From assembly GCA_964467585.1 (NCBI GenBank), contig CAYXRF010000001.1, positions 242,250 through 306,249 of the forward strand: a DNA stretch of 64,000 bases, written 5' to 3'. The stretch's first letter is position 1, and every line of letters begins with the position of its first letter. The notes under the pieces are model-generated. The model was not told the DNA's origin. It was given only the letters and a program-made list of their open reading frames with translations, and did not search any database. The stretch is from an uncultured Oscillospiraceae bacterium. Its GTDB lineage: Bacteria; Bacillota; Clostridia; Christensenellales; CAG-138. The translations under genes and the position numbers were made by a program. Below, piece after piece: positions 47,415 to 57,436 of this stretch.

Positions 47415-47581
47415 ATGTATTCAACTATGTATGCGATCGACAAGAACGTCTGTATTCCAAACAGAACGCCACAAACCGCAAGCCTTGTTTTGTCGTCTTT
47501 TTGTCGATAATGGATGATACCCCATAGAGGTACTATCGGGATAATAGCAGCCCAAGCTATAAAAAGTATTGTTTTAAGCAT
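47408..47581 (-). CDS. Small (57-aa) two-TM membrane protein, not in the ORF track
   Basis: GAGGTG RBS before ATG 47581. Sequence MLKTILFIAWAAIIPIVPLWGIIHYRQKDDKTRLAVCGVLFGIQTFLSIAYIVEYIK. Confidence 0.45.
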   Translation of the reverse strand: MLKTILFIAWAAIIPIVPLWGIIHYRQKDDKTRLAVCGVLFGIQTFLSIAYIVEYIK

Positions 47582-47726
47582 TTATTCTCACCTCACACGA
47601 ATGATAGCATTCATGTGCGCAACAATTCAATCGTGTTTTGTTGTCACATAAGGAAACTATTGCAAACGGGTATTGTTATGCTGATATTTGGTGGTATAAT
47701 GCTAAATGAGATTATGTGTATGGAGT

Positions 47727-49757
47727 ATGATGGTGGATAGGTTCAGAGTAGTTTCTCCGTTTGAGCCGACGGGGGATCAGCCCGAGGCAATCGCTTCATT
47801 GACAAACGGAGTTAACGTCGGCGAGCGTCTTATGGTGCTTCTCGGCGCAACGGGTTCGGGCAAAACGTTTACAATGGCAAAGGTAATTGAGCAGGTTCAG
47901 AAGCCTACTCTGGTAATTGCACATAACAAGACGCTTGCGGCACAGCTATGCTCGGAGCTTAAAGAGTTTTTTCCCGAAAGCATTGTTGAATATTTCGTCA
48001 GCTATTATGATTATTATCAGCCTGAGGCTTACATTGCTTCAACAGATACCTATATTGAAAAGGTGTCGGCTATCAATGAGGAGATTGACAGGCTTCGTCA
48101 CAGTGCGACCTGTGCGCTTACTGAAAGACGTGATGTAATAATCGTTGCATCCGTGTCATGCATCTATGCGCTTGGCAGTCCTGAAGAATATATGCGTATG
48201 AGTGTTTCCTTGCGCAGTGGCATGGCGTATGGGCGGGATGCACTTCTTCGCAAGCTGGTTGAGCTGCAATACCAGCGCAACGAGCTTGATTTTTCACGAG
48301 GCACATTTCGTGTTAAGGGCGATATCGTTGAGGTGTTCCCCATGAACGAATCCGACAAGGCTCTGAGGATTGAGTTTTTCGGAGATGAAATTGAATCAAT
48401 TTCTGAAATAAGCGTTCTTTCCGGACAACCGCTTCGTTCGCTGTCCCATGCGATGATATTCCCCGCAACGCACTATGCTGCCGACCCGGAGAAAATGAAC
48501 GGTGCCCTCGCGGAAATTGAAACTGATATGACGGCACGAGTTGCGGAGCTTAAATTGCAGAACAAATTGGTTGAAGCGCAGCGGCTTGAACAACGTACGA
48601 CATTCGACATGGAAATGATGCGTGAGATAGGCTATTGTCAGGGAATTGAGAATTATTCTCGATATTTCGACGGGCGAAAAAAAGGGCAGCCCCCGTTCAC
48701 CCTGATGGACTACTTTCCCAAAGGGTTTCTTACAATAATCGACGAATCCCACGTTACAATCCCTCAGATCAGAGGCATGTACAACGGAGACCTCTCACGC
48801 AAGACTGAGTTGGTTGATTACGGCTTCAGAATCCCGAGTGCGTTTGATAATCGTCCGCTTAAATTTGATGAGTTCAACGAACGTGTTAACCAGCTGATTT
48901 GCGTCAGCGCAACTCCTGCTGAGTACGAGCTGTCGCACGCTTCACGCGTGGCGGAGCAGATTATTCGTCCAACAGGTCTTGTAGATCCTCCAATCGAGGT
49001 TAAGCCGGTTACAGGGCAGGTAGATGACCTGCTGGGGGAAATACACAAAACCACAAGCGCAGGGTGGCGCGTGCTTGTAACCACGCTTACAAAGCGTATG
49101 GCGGAGATGCTTACCGAGTACCTTGACGGCATGGGAGTGCGCGTCAGATATATGCACTCCGATATCGAAACAATTGAACGCATGGAGATAATCAGGGATC
49201 TCCGCTTGGGAGAGTTTGACGTTTTGGTCGGCATTAATCTTCTTCGTGAAGGGCTCGATTTGCCTGAGGTTGCGCTTGTGGCGATTCTTGACGCTGATAA
49301 AGAAGGCTTCCTGCGGTCAACAACTTCGCTTGTTCAAACGATTGGGCGCGCTGCACGAAACGTTGACGGCAGAGTAGTAATGTATGCGGATGTTATGACA
49401 GATTCAATGAAGCGTGCCATTGACGAAACAAACAGACGACGCGACGTTCAAACCAAATATAACGAAGCTAACGGCATTACTCCGCAGAGCATCAAGAAAG
49501 CCGTCAGAGACGTGATCGAAATCAGCTCAAAAGCAAAGGTTTCAAAGGACGGAATGGGTGATGCAGAGCGGTTGGCAAGGATTGAGCTTATAACGCAGCA
49601 GATGCGGCAAGCGGCAATGGAGCTTGAATTTGAACAAGCTGCAAAGCTGCGCGATGAGCTGTTTAGGCTGCAAGGGAAGGAAGCTGACGGATCGGCAAAG
49701 GCGGCTCCGGGCACTGTCGGCAGCAGGAAGAAAGCGCGTCAGCGCACCAGAAAATAA
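47727..49757 (+). CDS. uvrB: Excinuclease ABC subunit B
   Basis: [27 protein letters not shown], a C-terminal UVR domain. The start lies at 47727-47733. Confidence 0.97.
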   Translation: MMVDRFRVVSPFEPTGDQPEAIASLTNGVNVGERLMVLLGATGSGKTFTMAKVIEQVQKPTLVIAHNKTLAAQLCSELKEFFPESIVEYFVSYYDYYQPEAYIASTDTYIEKVSAINEEIDRLRHSATCALTERRDVIIVASVSCIYALGSPEEYMRMSVSLRSGMAYGRDALLRKLVELQYQRNELDFSRGTFRVKGDIVEVFPMNESDKALRIEFFGDEIESISEISVLSGQPLRSLSHAMIFPATHYAADPEKMNGALAEIETDMTARVAELKLQNKLVEAQRLEQRTTFDMEMMREIGYCQGIENYSRYFDGRKKGQPPFTLMDYFPKGFLTIIDESHVTIPQIRGMYNGDLSRKTELVDYGFRIPSAFDNRPLKFDEFNERVNQLICVSATPAEYELSHASRVAEQIIRPTGLVDPPIEVKPVTGQVDDLLGEIHKTTSAGWRVLVTTLTKRMAEMLTEYLDGMGVRVRYMHSDIETIERMEIIRDLRLGEFDVLVGINLLREGLDLPEVALVAILDADKEGFLRSTTSLVQTIGRAARNVDGRVVMYADVMTDSMKRAIDETNRRRDVQTKYNEANGITPQSIKKAVRDVIEISSKAKVSKDGMGDAERLARIELITQQMRQAAMELEFEQAAKLRDELFRLQGKEADGSAKAAPGTVGSRKKARQRTRK

Positions 49758-49802
49758 GCTTTATATGAGGAGCAGCTATTTCGTAAACAAAGGAATTCAA
49801 CG

Positions 49803-52631
49803 ATGAATGATAATATTGTAATTAAAGGCGCACGGCAGAACAACCTTAAAAACATCGACCTTGTTTTGCCAAGAAACAAACTTATTGTATTCACAGGTGT
49901 ATCAGGCTCCGGAAAGTCGAGCCTTGCTTTTGATACAATCTACGCGGAAGGGCAAAGACGGTATGTGGAGTCTCTTTCCGCCTATGCACGACAGTTTTTG
50001 GGGCAGATGGATAAGCCCGACGTTGATATTATCGAGGGGCTTTCTCCCGCTATTTCAATCGACCAGAAAAGCACTTCGAACAATCCGCGTTCAACCGTGG
50101 GCACTGTAACAGAGATAAGCGATCATCTCAGGCTTTTGTATTCTCGCATCGGCAGACCGCATTGTCCAAGCTGCGGTAAACCGATCGAAAAGCAAAGTAT
50201 TGATCAAGTTGTTGATAGGGTTATGCAGCTGCCCGAGGGCACGCGCATACTTGTGATATCTCCCGCAGTGCGAGCACGCAAGGGCGAGCATAAAGCAGTG
50301 TTTGACAGAATCCGCAAGGAAGGGTATGTGCGCGTCAAGGTTGACGGAACCATATACGACATAAACGAAGTACCCTCATTGGACAAAAAATGCAAGCATA
50401 CAATTGATGTTGTTGTAGATCGCCTTATTGTGCGCGACGGCGTTGCGTCTCGTTTGAGCGATTCTCTTGAAACGGCATTTCGATTTGGCGAGGGGCTTGC
50501 AAAGATTGCCGTTGTGGATGGAAACGAAACGCTGTATTCGCAGAACTATGCCTGCCCGGATTGCGGAATAAGCATCGAGGAATTAACGCCGCGTATGTTT
50601 TCGTTCAACAGTCCATTTGGAGCATGTCCCGAGTGTATGGGGCTTGGCTCGCTTCTGACCATAGATGAACAGTTGATTGTTCCCGATACATCAATGTCGC
50701 TTAAACAAGGTGCAATTTCAGTAACAGGCTGGCAAAGTGCATCAAAGAACACCATCGCGTCAATGTACTTTACCGCCATAGCACAGGAATACGGGTTTAC
50801 TGAGGATACAGCGTGGAAGGATATTCCTCCTCAGGGGCGCAATGCGATACTGTATGGCACGGGAGACAAATGCATGCACGTGGAGTATCAAAAAGAATAT
50901 GGCAGCGGTACGTTCGACACTCCGTTTGAGGGAATTATACCGAGCCTTCAGCGCAGATACAGAGAAACGCAGTCCGATTGGTCAAAGCAGGATTTAGAGT
51001 CATACATGCGCAGTACGCCTTGCCATGTATGTCATGGCAAGAGGCTAAAGCCCGAAGCTTTGTCTGTGACCGTTGGCGACAAATCAATTGCCGAGGTCAG
51101 CGACATGACAATCCGTAATGCACGCGAGTTTATCAACGGGCTTGAATTGAGCGTATCCGAGCGAATGATTGCCAATCAAATTGTTAAGGAGCTTAACGCA
51201 AGACTGGGCTTTTTGATTAATGTCGGTCTGGACTATATTACGCTTTCACGTCCGGCGTCGTCGCTTTCAGGCGGAGAGGCACAGCGAATCAGGCTTGCAA
51301 CGCAAATTGGCTCAGGTCTTGTTGGCGTGCTGTATATTCTTGACGAACCAAGCATTGGGCTTCACCAACGCGATAATGCAAAGCTGTTAGATGCTCTTAG
51401 GGGATTGAGAGATCTCGGCAACACACTTATAGTGGTTGAACACGATGAAGAAACAATACGTTCTGCGGATCATATTGTTGATATCGGCATTGGCGCGGGC
51501 GAACACGGCGGGAACGTTATCGCGCAGGGTTCCCTGCAGGATATTATGGACAGCGTAGATTCTGTTACGGGTCAGTATTTAACGGGAAAGAGACGTATTG
51601 AGATACCTGCGGAAAGACGCGTGTCAAACGACAGATGGCTTTCTGTGCGCGGAGCGCGTGTCAACAACTTGCAAAACATTGACGTAGATATTCCGCTTGG
51701 CGTATTTACCTGCGTTACGGGAGTTTCAGGCTCAGGCAAATCCAGCTTAGTCAACGAAATAATCAAAAAAAGCTTGTTGCGTCAGTTAAATCGAGCTCGC
51801 GTTCGCGCAGGAGATCACGATGATATCCTTGGCGTACATCAGCTTGACAAGATAATTGATATCGACCAATCTCCTATCGGCAGAACGCCGAGGAGCAATC
51901 CCGCTACATACACGGGAGTATTTGACCTTATCAGAGATGTGTTCGCCCAAACTCCCGATGCAAAGATGCGTGGGTTCGGGTCGGGAAGATTCAGCTTTAA
52001 CGTCAAGGGCGGACGCTGTGAAGCATGTTCCGGAGACGGAATAATCAAAATTGAAATGCACTTTCTGTCTGATGTATATGTTCCGTGCGAGGTGTGTAAA
52101 GGAAAGCGCTACAACCGTGAAACGTTGGAAGTAAAGTACAAAGGAAAAAGCATTTCGGATGTTCTTGATATGACTGCTGAGGAAGCGTATGCATTTTTTA
52201 AGCCGCTGCCCAAAATTGCAAAAAAGCTTCAGACATTATGTGACGTTGGGTTGGGGTACATTAAGCTTGGTCAGCCTTCCACAACACTTTCCGGCGGTGA
52301 AGCACAGCGCGTAAAGCTTGCGACAGAGCTTGCCAGAAAGGATACAGGCAGGACGCTGTATGTTTTGGATGAACCAACAACGGGACTGCATACGGCAGAT
52401 GTTGAAAGACTTCTCGGAATACTTCAAAGGTTATGTGACGGTGGCAGTACCGTGCTTGTAATCGAACACAACCTTGACGTAATTAAAACAGCAGATTACA
52501 TTATTGACCTTGGACCGGAAGGCGGAGATCGCGGAGGCAAGGTGCTTGCGATTGGCACGCCTGAACAGGTTGCAATGTGTGAAAGCAGCTATACAGGGCA
52601 ATACTTAAAAAGAATATTATGTAATAATTAA
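49803..52631 (+). CDS. uvrA: Excinuclease ABC subunit A
   Basis: [16 protein letters not shown], two ABC modules ([10 protein letters not shown] twice), and zinc-finger cysteines. Confidence 0.98.
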   Translation: MNDNIVIKGARQNNLKNIDLVLPRNKLIVFTGVSGSGKSSLAFDTIYAEGQRRYVESLSAYARQFLGQMDKPDVDIIEGLSPAISIDQKSTSNNPRSTVGTVTEISDHLRLLYSRIGRPHCPSCGKPIEKQSIDQVVDRVMQLPEGTRILVISPAVRARKGEHKAVFDRIRKEGYVRVKVDGTIYDINEVPSLDKKCKHTIDVVVDRLIVRDGVASRLSDSLETAFRFGEGLAKIAVVDGNETLYSQNYACPDCGISIEELTPRMFSFNSPFGACPECMGLGSLLTIDEQLIVPDTSMSLKQGAISVTGWQSASKNTIASMYFTAIAQEYGFTEDTAWKDIPPQGRNAILYGTGDKCMHVEYQKEYGSGTFDTPFEGIIPSLQRRYRETQSDWSKQDLESYMRSTPCHVCHGKRLKPEALSVTVGDKSIAEVSDMTIRNAREFINGLELSVSERMIANQIVKELNARLGFLINVGLDYITLSRPASSLSGGEAQRIRLATQIGSGLVGVLYILDEPSIGLHQRDNAKLLDALRGLRDLGNTLIVVEHDEETIRSADHIVDIGIGAGEHGGNVIAQGSLQDIMDSVDSVTGQYLTGKRRIEIPAERRVSNDRWLSVRGARVNNLQNIDVDIPLGVFTCVTGVSGSGKSSLVNEIIKKSLLRQLNRARVRAGDHDDILGVHQLDKIIDIDQSPIGRTPRSNPATYTGVFDLIRDVFAQTPDAKMRGFGSGRFSFNVKGGRCEACSGDGIIKIEMHFLSDVYVPCEVCKGKRYNRETLEVKYKGKSISDVLDMTAEEAYAFFKPLPKIAKKLQTLCDVGLGYIKLGQPSTTLSGGEAQRVKLATELARKDTGRTLYVLDEPTTGLHTADVERLLGILQRLCDGGSTVLVIEHNLDVIKTADYIIDLGPEGGDRGGKVLAIGTPEQVAMCESSYTGQYLKRILCNN

Positions 52632-52656
52632 GCAGACAGGGGAGAGGAGAACAAAA

Positions 52657-53406
52657 ATGGAAGCCAACGGAATTATGGATCAATGGTACGAAGCCGCAAA
52701 AACACGTGTTTCTGTACGCAAATATGACAGTACGCCCGAAAAAGCAGTACTGACTGATTTGAAAGACTTTGCGCGGACGCTTTCAAATGATGACTCACGC
52801 ATTGTCGTTGGCGTTTGCAACGGAATTTTCGACAAGCTGCTTGGCACGGTAATACACGGAACATCGGCGTATGCCGCATTGATTCAAAAAACCGAGAATG
52901 AGTTTATGTCAGGTTATATCGGAGAAGCATTTGTTCTGGAATGCACCAAAAGAGGGCTGGGAACCTGCTGGCTTGGCGCATCGTATAACAAGTCAAAGGC
53001 AAACAGCGTTGTAAAGCTTGGCGGGCATGAAAAGCTTGTTTGTTTAATTGCGTTTGGAATTGCCGCGGACGCTGAAAGTAAGCCTCGTTCACGCAAGTCT
53101 TTGCTTCGTCTGACAGGGATGGAGGACGCTTCTATCGATATGCTTTCAAAATGGCAGCAATGCGCTCTCAGGTGTGCGCGTATCGCACCATCAGCGTTGA
53201 ATTCGCAACCATGGGAGTTTGATGTGGTTGGAGATTCTTTTCAGGTAATCAGCACATCAAACAATTTTGGCTATGGCGCGGTGGACTGTGGGATTGCTAT
53301 GCTTCATGTTGAGCTTGGTGCGGCGCATTGCGGTCTGTGCGGTGATTGGCAGTTCAAAAATGGGATTCCGACGTTTACTGTACAGAGCCCTAATAATAGT
53401 ATATAA
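52657..53406 (+). CDS. Nitroreductase-fold protein (TM1586-like)
   Basis: RVSVRKYDSTP...GTCWLGASY...RIAPSALNSQPWEF. Confidence 0.65.
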   Translation: MEANGIMDQWYEAAKTRVSVRKYDSTPEKAVLTDLKDFARTLSNDDSRIVVGVCNGIFDKLLGTVIHGTSAYAALIQKTENEFMSGYIGEAFVLECTKRGLGTCWLGASYNKSKANSVVKLGGHEKLVCLIAFGIAADAESKPRSRKSLLRLTGMEDASIDMLSKWQQCALRCARIAPSALNSQPWEFDVVGDSFQVISTSNNFGYGAVDCGIAMLHVELGAAHCGLCGDWQFKNGIPTFTVQSPNNSI

Positions 53407-53407
53407 T

Positions 53408-53860
53408 ATGCTAAACGTGGTAATTTATACCGATGGCGCTTGCTCAAAAAATCCCGGAGTTGGCGGTTGGGCGACAATTTTGATGTTTGGAGAACACCGT
53501 CGTGAATTGAGCGGCGCCGAGCTTTTAACAACAAATAACCGTATGGAGCTTATGGCGGCAATTAAGGCGCTGAAAGCTCTGAAAATGCCGTGCAATGTTG
53601 AACTGTATTCAGACAGCGCATACCTGTGCAACGCATTTAATGAGCTTTGGCTATTGAATTGGAAGCGAAACGGCTGGCTGACAAAAAACAAAAAGCCTGT
53701 TGAAAATCAAGATCTCTGGCAAGAGCTGCTGCGGCTTACCGATATTCATAATGTTAAGTGGCTCAAGGTCAAAGGACACGCCGATAACGAGTTTAACAAT
53801 CGCTGTGACGAGCTGGCACGCGGAGAAATCAAGCGGCTGCAATCCGAACAAAGCACTTAA
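53408..53860 (+). CDS. rnhA: Ribonuclease HI
   Basis: VVIYTDGACSKNPGVGGWA...TTNNRMELMAAIKAL...YSDSAY...VKGHADNEFNNRCDELA. The ORF-track N-terminal extension overlaps the upstream gene and is rejected. Confidence 0.92.
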   Translation: MLNVVIYTDGACSKNPGVGGWATILMFGEHRRELSGAELLTTNNRMELMAAIKALKALKMPCNVELYSDSAYLCNAFNELWLLNWKRNGWLTKNKKPVENQDLWQELLRLTDIHNVKWLKVKGHADNEFNNRCDELARGEIKRLQSEQST

Positions 53861-53958
53861 TGCCGTTATTTACGAGCCTGCTTGCCAATGAATTCGATGT
53901 TTTACTCAGCTATCAGTACTTAGAACGTATCAGATAATATATTCGCATATTTTCACCA

Positions 53959-53996
53959 ATAACTATTCGTTAAACTTGTCTTTAACGAATAGTTAT
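53959..53996. promoter_or_regulatory. Perfect 16-6-16 inverted repeat overlapping the recombinase promoter (operator or recombinase core-site candidate)
   Basis: ATAACTATTCGTTAAA-cttgtc-TTTAACGAATAGTTAT. Putative -35 TTGTCT at 53976-53981 and -10 TATAAT at 53999-54004, with a 17-nt spacer. Confidence 0.5.
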
Positions 53997-54034
53997 GTTA
54001 TAATAGAGCAAGCATTCCCAGGAGGTATTTTGCG

Positions 54035-55186
54035 GTGAGCAACTATTCAATTGAAAAAAATAAGGAATATACCATAAAGTCGCGAGAGCTTTCGGCTGAG
54101 CTTCCCCCGTGCTGTGCGGATTTTTTCCGGGGCGTTGAACAGGTCACGGGAGTTATGACGAGATTTGGATATGCGGTAGATCTAAAAACCTTTTTTACAT
54201 ATCTTATGACAACCGAAATCTGTGAAGGGCTTGCATCCATGCGCTCAATCAGCTATCAAACGCTTGATGCAGTTACCGCCGATACAATCGAATGCTTTCT
54301 TGAATATGTTTCGCTATATCCGTCTGCCGATGACAGCGATGAGCTTTTTGTCAATGGAGAACGCGCAAAGGCGCGAAAGCTATCTGCTATACGCTCTCTT
54401 TATAAGTATCTATTCAAAAAAGGACGCATAACCACCAACGCTCCTGCGCTTGTAGACACGCCCAAGCTTCATGAAAAGCCGATAATCAGGCTTGAGCCCG
54501 ATGAAATGCGGCGGCTTTTGTTGACCGCCGAATCCGGAGAAGGTCTTTCAGACCGTCAAAAACAGTATCATAAGCAAACATGCGTACGCGATGTTGCCAT
54601 CATAACTCTTTTTCTTGGAACCGGTATTCGAATCAGCGAGTTAGTCGGTATTGATATTGACGATTTGAACTTTATGTCAAACGAAGTCAGGATTACGCGC
54701 AAGGGAGGCAATGAAGAACAAATGGTTTTCGGTCAGGACGTCAGAACCGCTTTACTTGAGTATATGCTGCTGCGCGAAGGCACTCACGCCGCAGAAGGCG
54801 ATGAACAGGCATTGTTTCTGTCGCTTCAAAAAAAGCGGATGAGCGTTCGTTCGGTTGAATTGCTTGTTAAAAAATATGCGTTGCTTGCCGCGCCGCTCAA
54901 GAAAATTTCTCCTCATAAGCTGCGAAGCACATATGGAACAATGCTTTATCGAGAGACGGGCGATATCTATCTTGTTGCGGATGTGCTTGGGCACAAGGAT
55001 GTGAATACAACGCGCAAGCATTATGCCGCGATGAGCGAGGACCGCAGGCGATTGGCTGCCGAGGTAATCAAGCTGAGGGATGACGCCTATGATGAAAAGC
55101 ATGGCGACCTCTCCCCCGCCCTCATTAGTAAAAACGCAAACAACGCTGGCGACAAAAACGATTTGGACAACAGCGGCGACAATTAA
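54035..55186 (+). CDS. Tyrosine recombinase (Xer-like, XerS-sized) with acidic C-terminal tail
   Basis: Catalytic pattern: GIRISEL (Arg I), TRKGGNEE, HKLRSTYGT (His-x-x-Arg), LGHKDVNTTRKHY (His/Tyr). GTG start 9 nt after GGAGG. Confidence 0.88.
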   Translation: MSNYSIEKNKEYTIKSRELSAELPPCCADFFRGVEQVTGVMTRFGYAVDLKTFFTYLMTTEICEGLASMRSISYQTLDAVTADTIECFLEYVSLYPSADDSDELFVNGERAKARKLSAIRSLYKYLFKKGRITTNAPALVDTPKLHEKPIIRLEPDEMRRLLLTAESGEGLSDRQKQYHKQTCVRDVAIITLFLGTGIRISELVGIDIDDLNFMSNEVRITRKGGNEEQMVFGQDVRTALLEYMLLREGTHAAEGDEQALFLSLQKKRMSVRSVELLVKKYALLAAPLKKISPHKLRSTYGTMLYRETGDIYLVADVLGHKDVNTTRKHYAAMSEDRRRLAAEVIKLRDDAYDEKHGDLSPALISKNANNAGDKNDLDNSGDN

Positions 55187-55833
55187 GCGCGTTCATTCAA
55201 ACGTATTATGTCTTTTTTGCGTCCTGCCGCAACGATATGATCGTCAAGCTTAAAAATGTAGTTCGCGTTTGTTACCGGCGTAACATACTTATCTTCTTTT
55301 ATACCGATGACATTTACGCCATACTTTGTGCTTACGCGAAGCTCGATAAGGCTTTTTCCCACCCAACCGGCAGGCACGAGCATCTCCATAATAACGTACT
55401 CAGGCGAAAGCTCATAATATTCGAACGCATTATTCATGCTGTACCGCATAGCCGCGCGACGTGCCATGTCCTTTTCGGGGCATATAATTGCATCCGCACC
55501 CACTTTAAGCAAAAACTTTTCGTGGATTTCACGGTCTGCCTTTGAAACAATCATTTTTGCGCCAAGCTCATCAAGCAGAGATGTTATTTCCAGAGAGGAC
55601 TGGAAATTCTCTGAAATGCAGACGAAGCAAACGTCAAAATGCTTAACTCCGAGCGCACGCAAAACCTCAATATCCATACAGTCGCCAATCATCGAGCGCG
55701 TAACGGTGGGAGCGATTCTGTTGATGGTTTCTTCATCCTTGTCAACAACAAGCACCTCATTACCGAGCTCCATCAGATATGCTGCCAGATGCTTTCCGAA
55801 CGCACCTAAGCCTATTACAAGCATTGATTTCAT
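55183..55833 (-). CDS. ktrA: K+ uptake system NAD-binding subunit (TrkA/KtrA)
   Basis: MLVIGLGAFGKHLA Rossmann motif followed by a TrkA-C domain. Confidence 0.9.
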   Translation of the reverse strand: MKSMLVIGLGAFGKHLAAYLMELGNEVLVVDKDEETINRIAPTVTRSMIGDCMDIEVLRALGVKHFDVCFVCISENFQSSLEITSLLDELGAKMIVSKADREIHEKFLLKVGADAIICPEKDMARRAAMRYSMNNAFEYYELSPEYVIMEMLVPAGWVGKSLIELRVSTKYGVNVIGIKEDKYVTPVTNANYIFKLDDHIVAAGRKKDIIRLNERA

Positions 55834-55866
55834 AAATACATCCTTCCTTTTGTGTGGTTAAGTAAA

Positions 55867-57195
55867 TCAACCGATGATTATTCGTTCTTCAGGCAGCCTG
55901 ACAGTCTGCCTGTATGTGCTTCTCGTTGCGGCCATCGCAACGGACATACTGCCCAATCTGCCACAATACATCATAAGGATCAGCATAATACGCGATACAG
56001 TATTGAACTGCCTTGTGATACCGGTTGAAAGCCCAACCGTGCCGATCGCGGAAAACACCTCAAATAGTGAATCTGAGAAGGACAGCCCCTGAAGTGAAAC
56101 AACGAAAAAGCCGACAAGAACTACCGACAAGTAAAGCAGCGCGGAAGCATATGCCCGCGAAGAATCGCTTTTGGCAATACGCTTGCCAAAGGCGTCCGCA
56201 TCCTCACGTCTGCGCGCATACGCCAGTGCCGAAAGAATAATCACCGTGATAGTTGATATTTTTAAGCCGCCTGCCGTGGAGCCCGCTCCCCCGCCTATCA
56301 GCATAAGCAACATCGTAAGCACTTTTCCGGCTGACGAAAGCGATGCAAGATCGACCGTGTTGAACCCTGCCGTTCTTGGAGTGATTGCCTGGAACAACGA
56401 AGCAAGCAGCTTGCCGCCAACGCTTAGCCCCGAAAGCGAGCCGTTCCATTCAATCAAGGCAAACAGAATTGTTCCTCCGACAATCAGTATTGCAGAAGAA
56501 ACAAGCACTATTTTACTGTGAAGCTTGTACTTGCGGAAATGAAACCCATTGTCTATCAAGTCATTCCACACGATAAAGCCTATGCCGCCAACCAAAATCA
56601 ATGACGCAACGGTAAGATTGACCAAAGCATCGCTTACAAACGGCACAAGTGAGCAATATGGTTCAATTACACCCATAAGGTCAAAGCCTGCATTGCAGAA
56701 TGCGGATATTGAATGAAAAATGCTGTACCATACACCAGTCCCCCATCCGAACCTGGGTATAAACCTTATGGAAAGCAGCAGCGCGCCTGTAAACTCACAG
56801 ATAAACGTACAGATCAGTATCCTCTTTATGAGACGTACAACACCGCCAAGCTGCATAGAGCTTGATGACTCCATAAGAAACGAGCGTTCACGCAGCCCTA
56901 TTCTTCTGCCAAGAATCATTGACAAGCCGCCAATGATTGTCATAAAACCAAGACCGCCAATCTGGATAAGTATGATTATGACTATCTGCCCAAACAATGT
57001 AAATTCAGTAGCCGTGTCATGAACGACAAGGCCGGTAACACAAGTCGCACTTGTAGAGGTAAACAATGCGTCAAAGAAAGAAATACCGCTTCTGTTCCCT
57101 ATGGGAAGCCACAGCAAAACAGCGCCTATCAGAATGATAAGTGCAAATCCTGCTGCAAAAAGCTGCAGTACGTTCACTTCTTTTTTAACCGCCAT
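55867..57195 (-). CDS. ktrB: K+ transporter membrane subunit (TrkH/KtrB)
   Basis: Four MPM repeats with selectivity-type glycines (TGLV, GGLGF, AGF, TAGF). Adjacent to ktrA. Confidence 0.9.
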   Translation of the reverse strand: MAVKKEVNVLQLFAAGFALIILIGAVLLWLPIGNRSGISFFDALFTSTSATCVTGLVVHDTATEFTLFGQIVIIILIQIGGLGFMTIIGGLSMILGRRIGLRERSFLMESSSSMQLGGVVRLIKRILICTFICEFTGALLLSIRFIPRFGWGTGVWYSIFHSISAFCNAGFDLMGVIEPYCSLVPFVSDALVNLTVASLILVGGIGFIVWNDLIDNGFHFRKYKLHSKIVLVSSAILIVGGTILFALIEWNGSLSGLSVGGKLLASLFQAITPRTAGFNTVDLASLSSAGKVLTMLLMLIGGGAGSTAGGLKISTITVIILSALAYARRREDADAFGKRIAKSDSSRAYASALLYLSVVLVGFFVVSLQGLSFSDSLFEVFSAIGTVGLSTGITRQFNTVSRIMLILMMYCGRLGSMSVAMAATRSTYRQTVRLPEERIIIG

Positions 57196-57345
57196 GCTTG
57201 CCCCCTCCGAAAAAACAGATATATGAAGAATACACCAAATCGAGAAATTTGTAAACAGTGTAAAACGATATATGTTTATTCTTTCTTAATGCTGATTATG
57301 TTTGATTAGTTTCACGCATCTATATGACGTTTGAATAACTTTTGT

Positions 57346-57374
57346 TTGACATACGCAGCTATTCCATATATAAT
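57346..57374 (+). promoter_or_regulatory. Consensus sigma-A promoter of glmS
   Basis: TTGACA at 57346-57351, 17-nt spacer, TATAAT at 57369-57374. Confidence 0.75.
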
Positions 57375-57436
57375 TTCCAAGTTGTTTTATACAATACTTT
57401 GGATGTGTATGTTTAATATGGAAAGAGGTTATTATT

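Noticed and set aside
53861-55186. I considered the tyrosine recombinase as the marker of a prophage, ICE or genomic island.
   Set aside because: Both flanks are housekeeping (uvrBA, nitroreductase and rnhA on one side, ktrAB and glmS on the other). No direct repeats, tRNA target or cargo genes are visible. It is treated instead as a chromosomal Xer-like enzyme.
57196-57436. I looked here for a glmS ribozyme upstream of glmS and a c-di-AMP (ydaO-type) riboswitch upstream of ktrB.
   Set aside because: The consensus glmS promoter leaves only a ~60-nt AT-rich leader, too short for the ~170-nt ribozyme. The ktrB-proximal part is AT-rich, with none of the GC-rich pseudoknot or ACGGGGA-type elements I would expect. 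An Infernal scan would be the decisive test.
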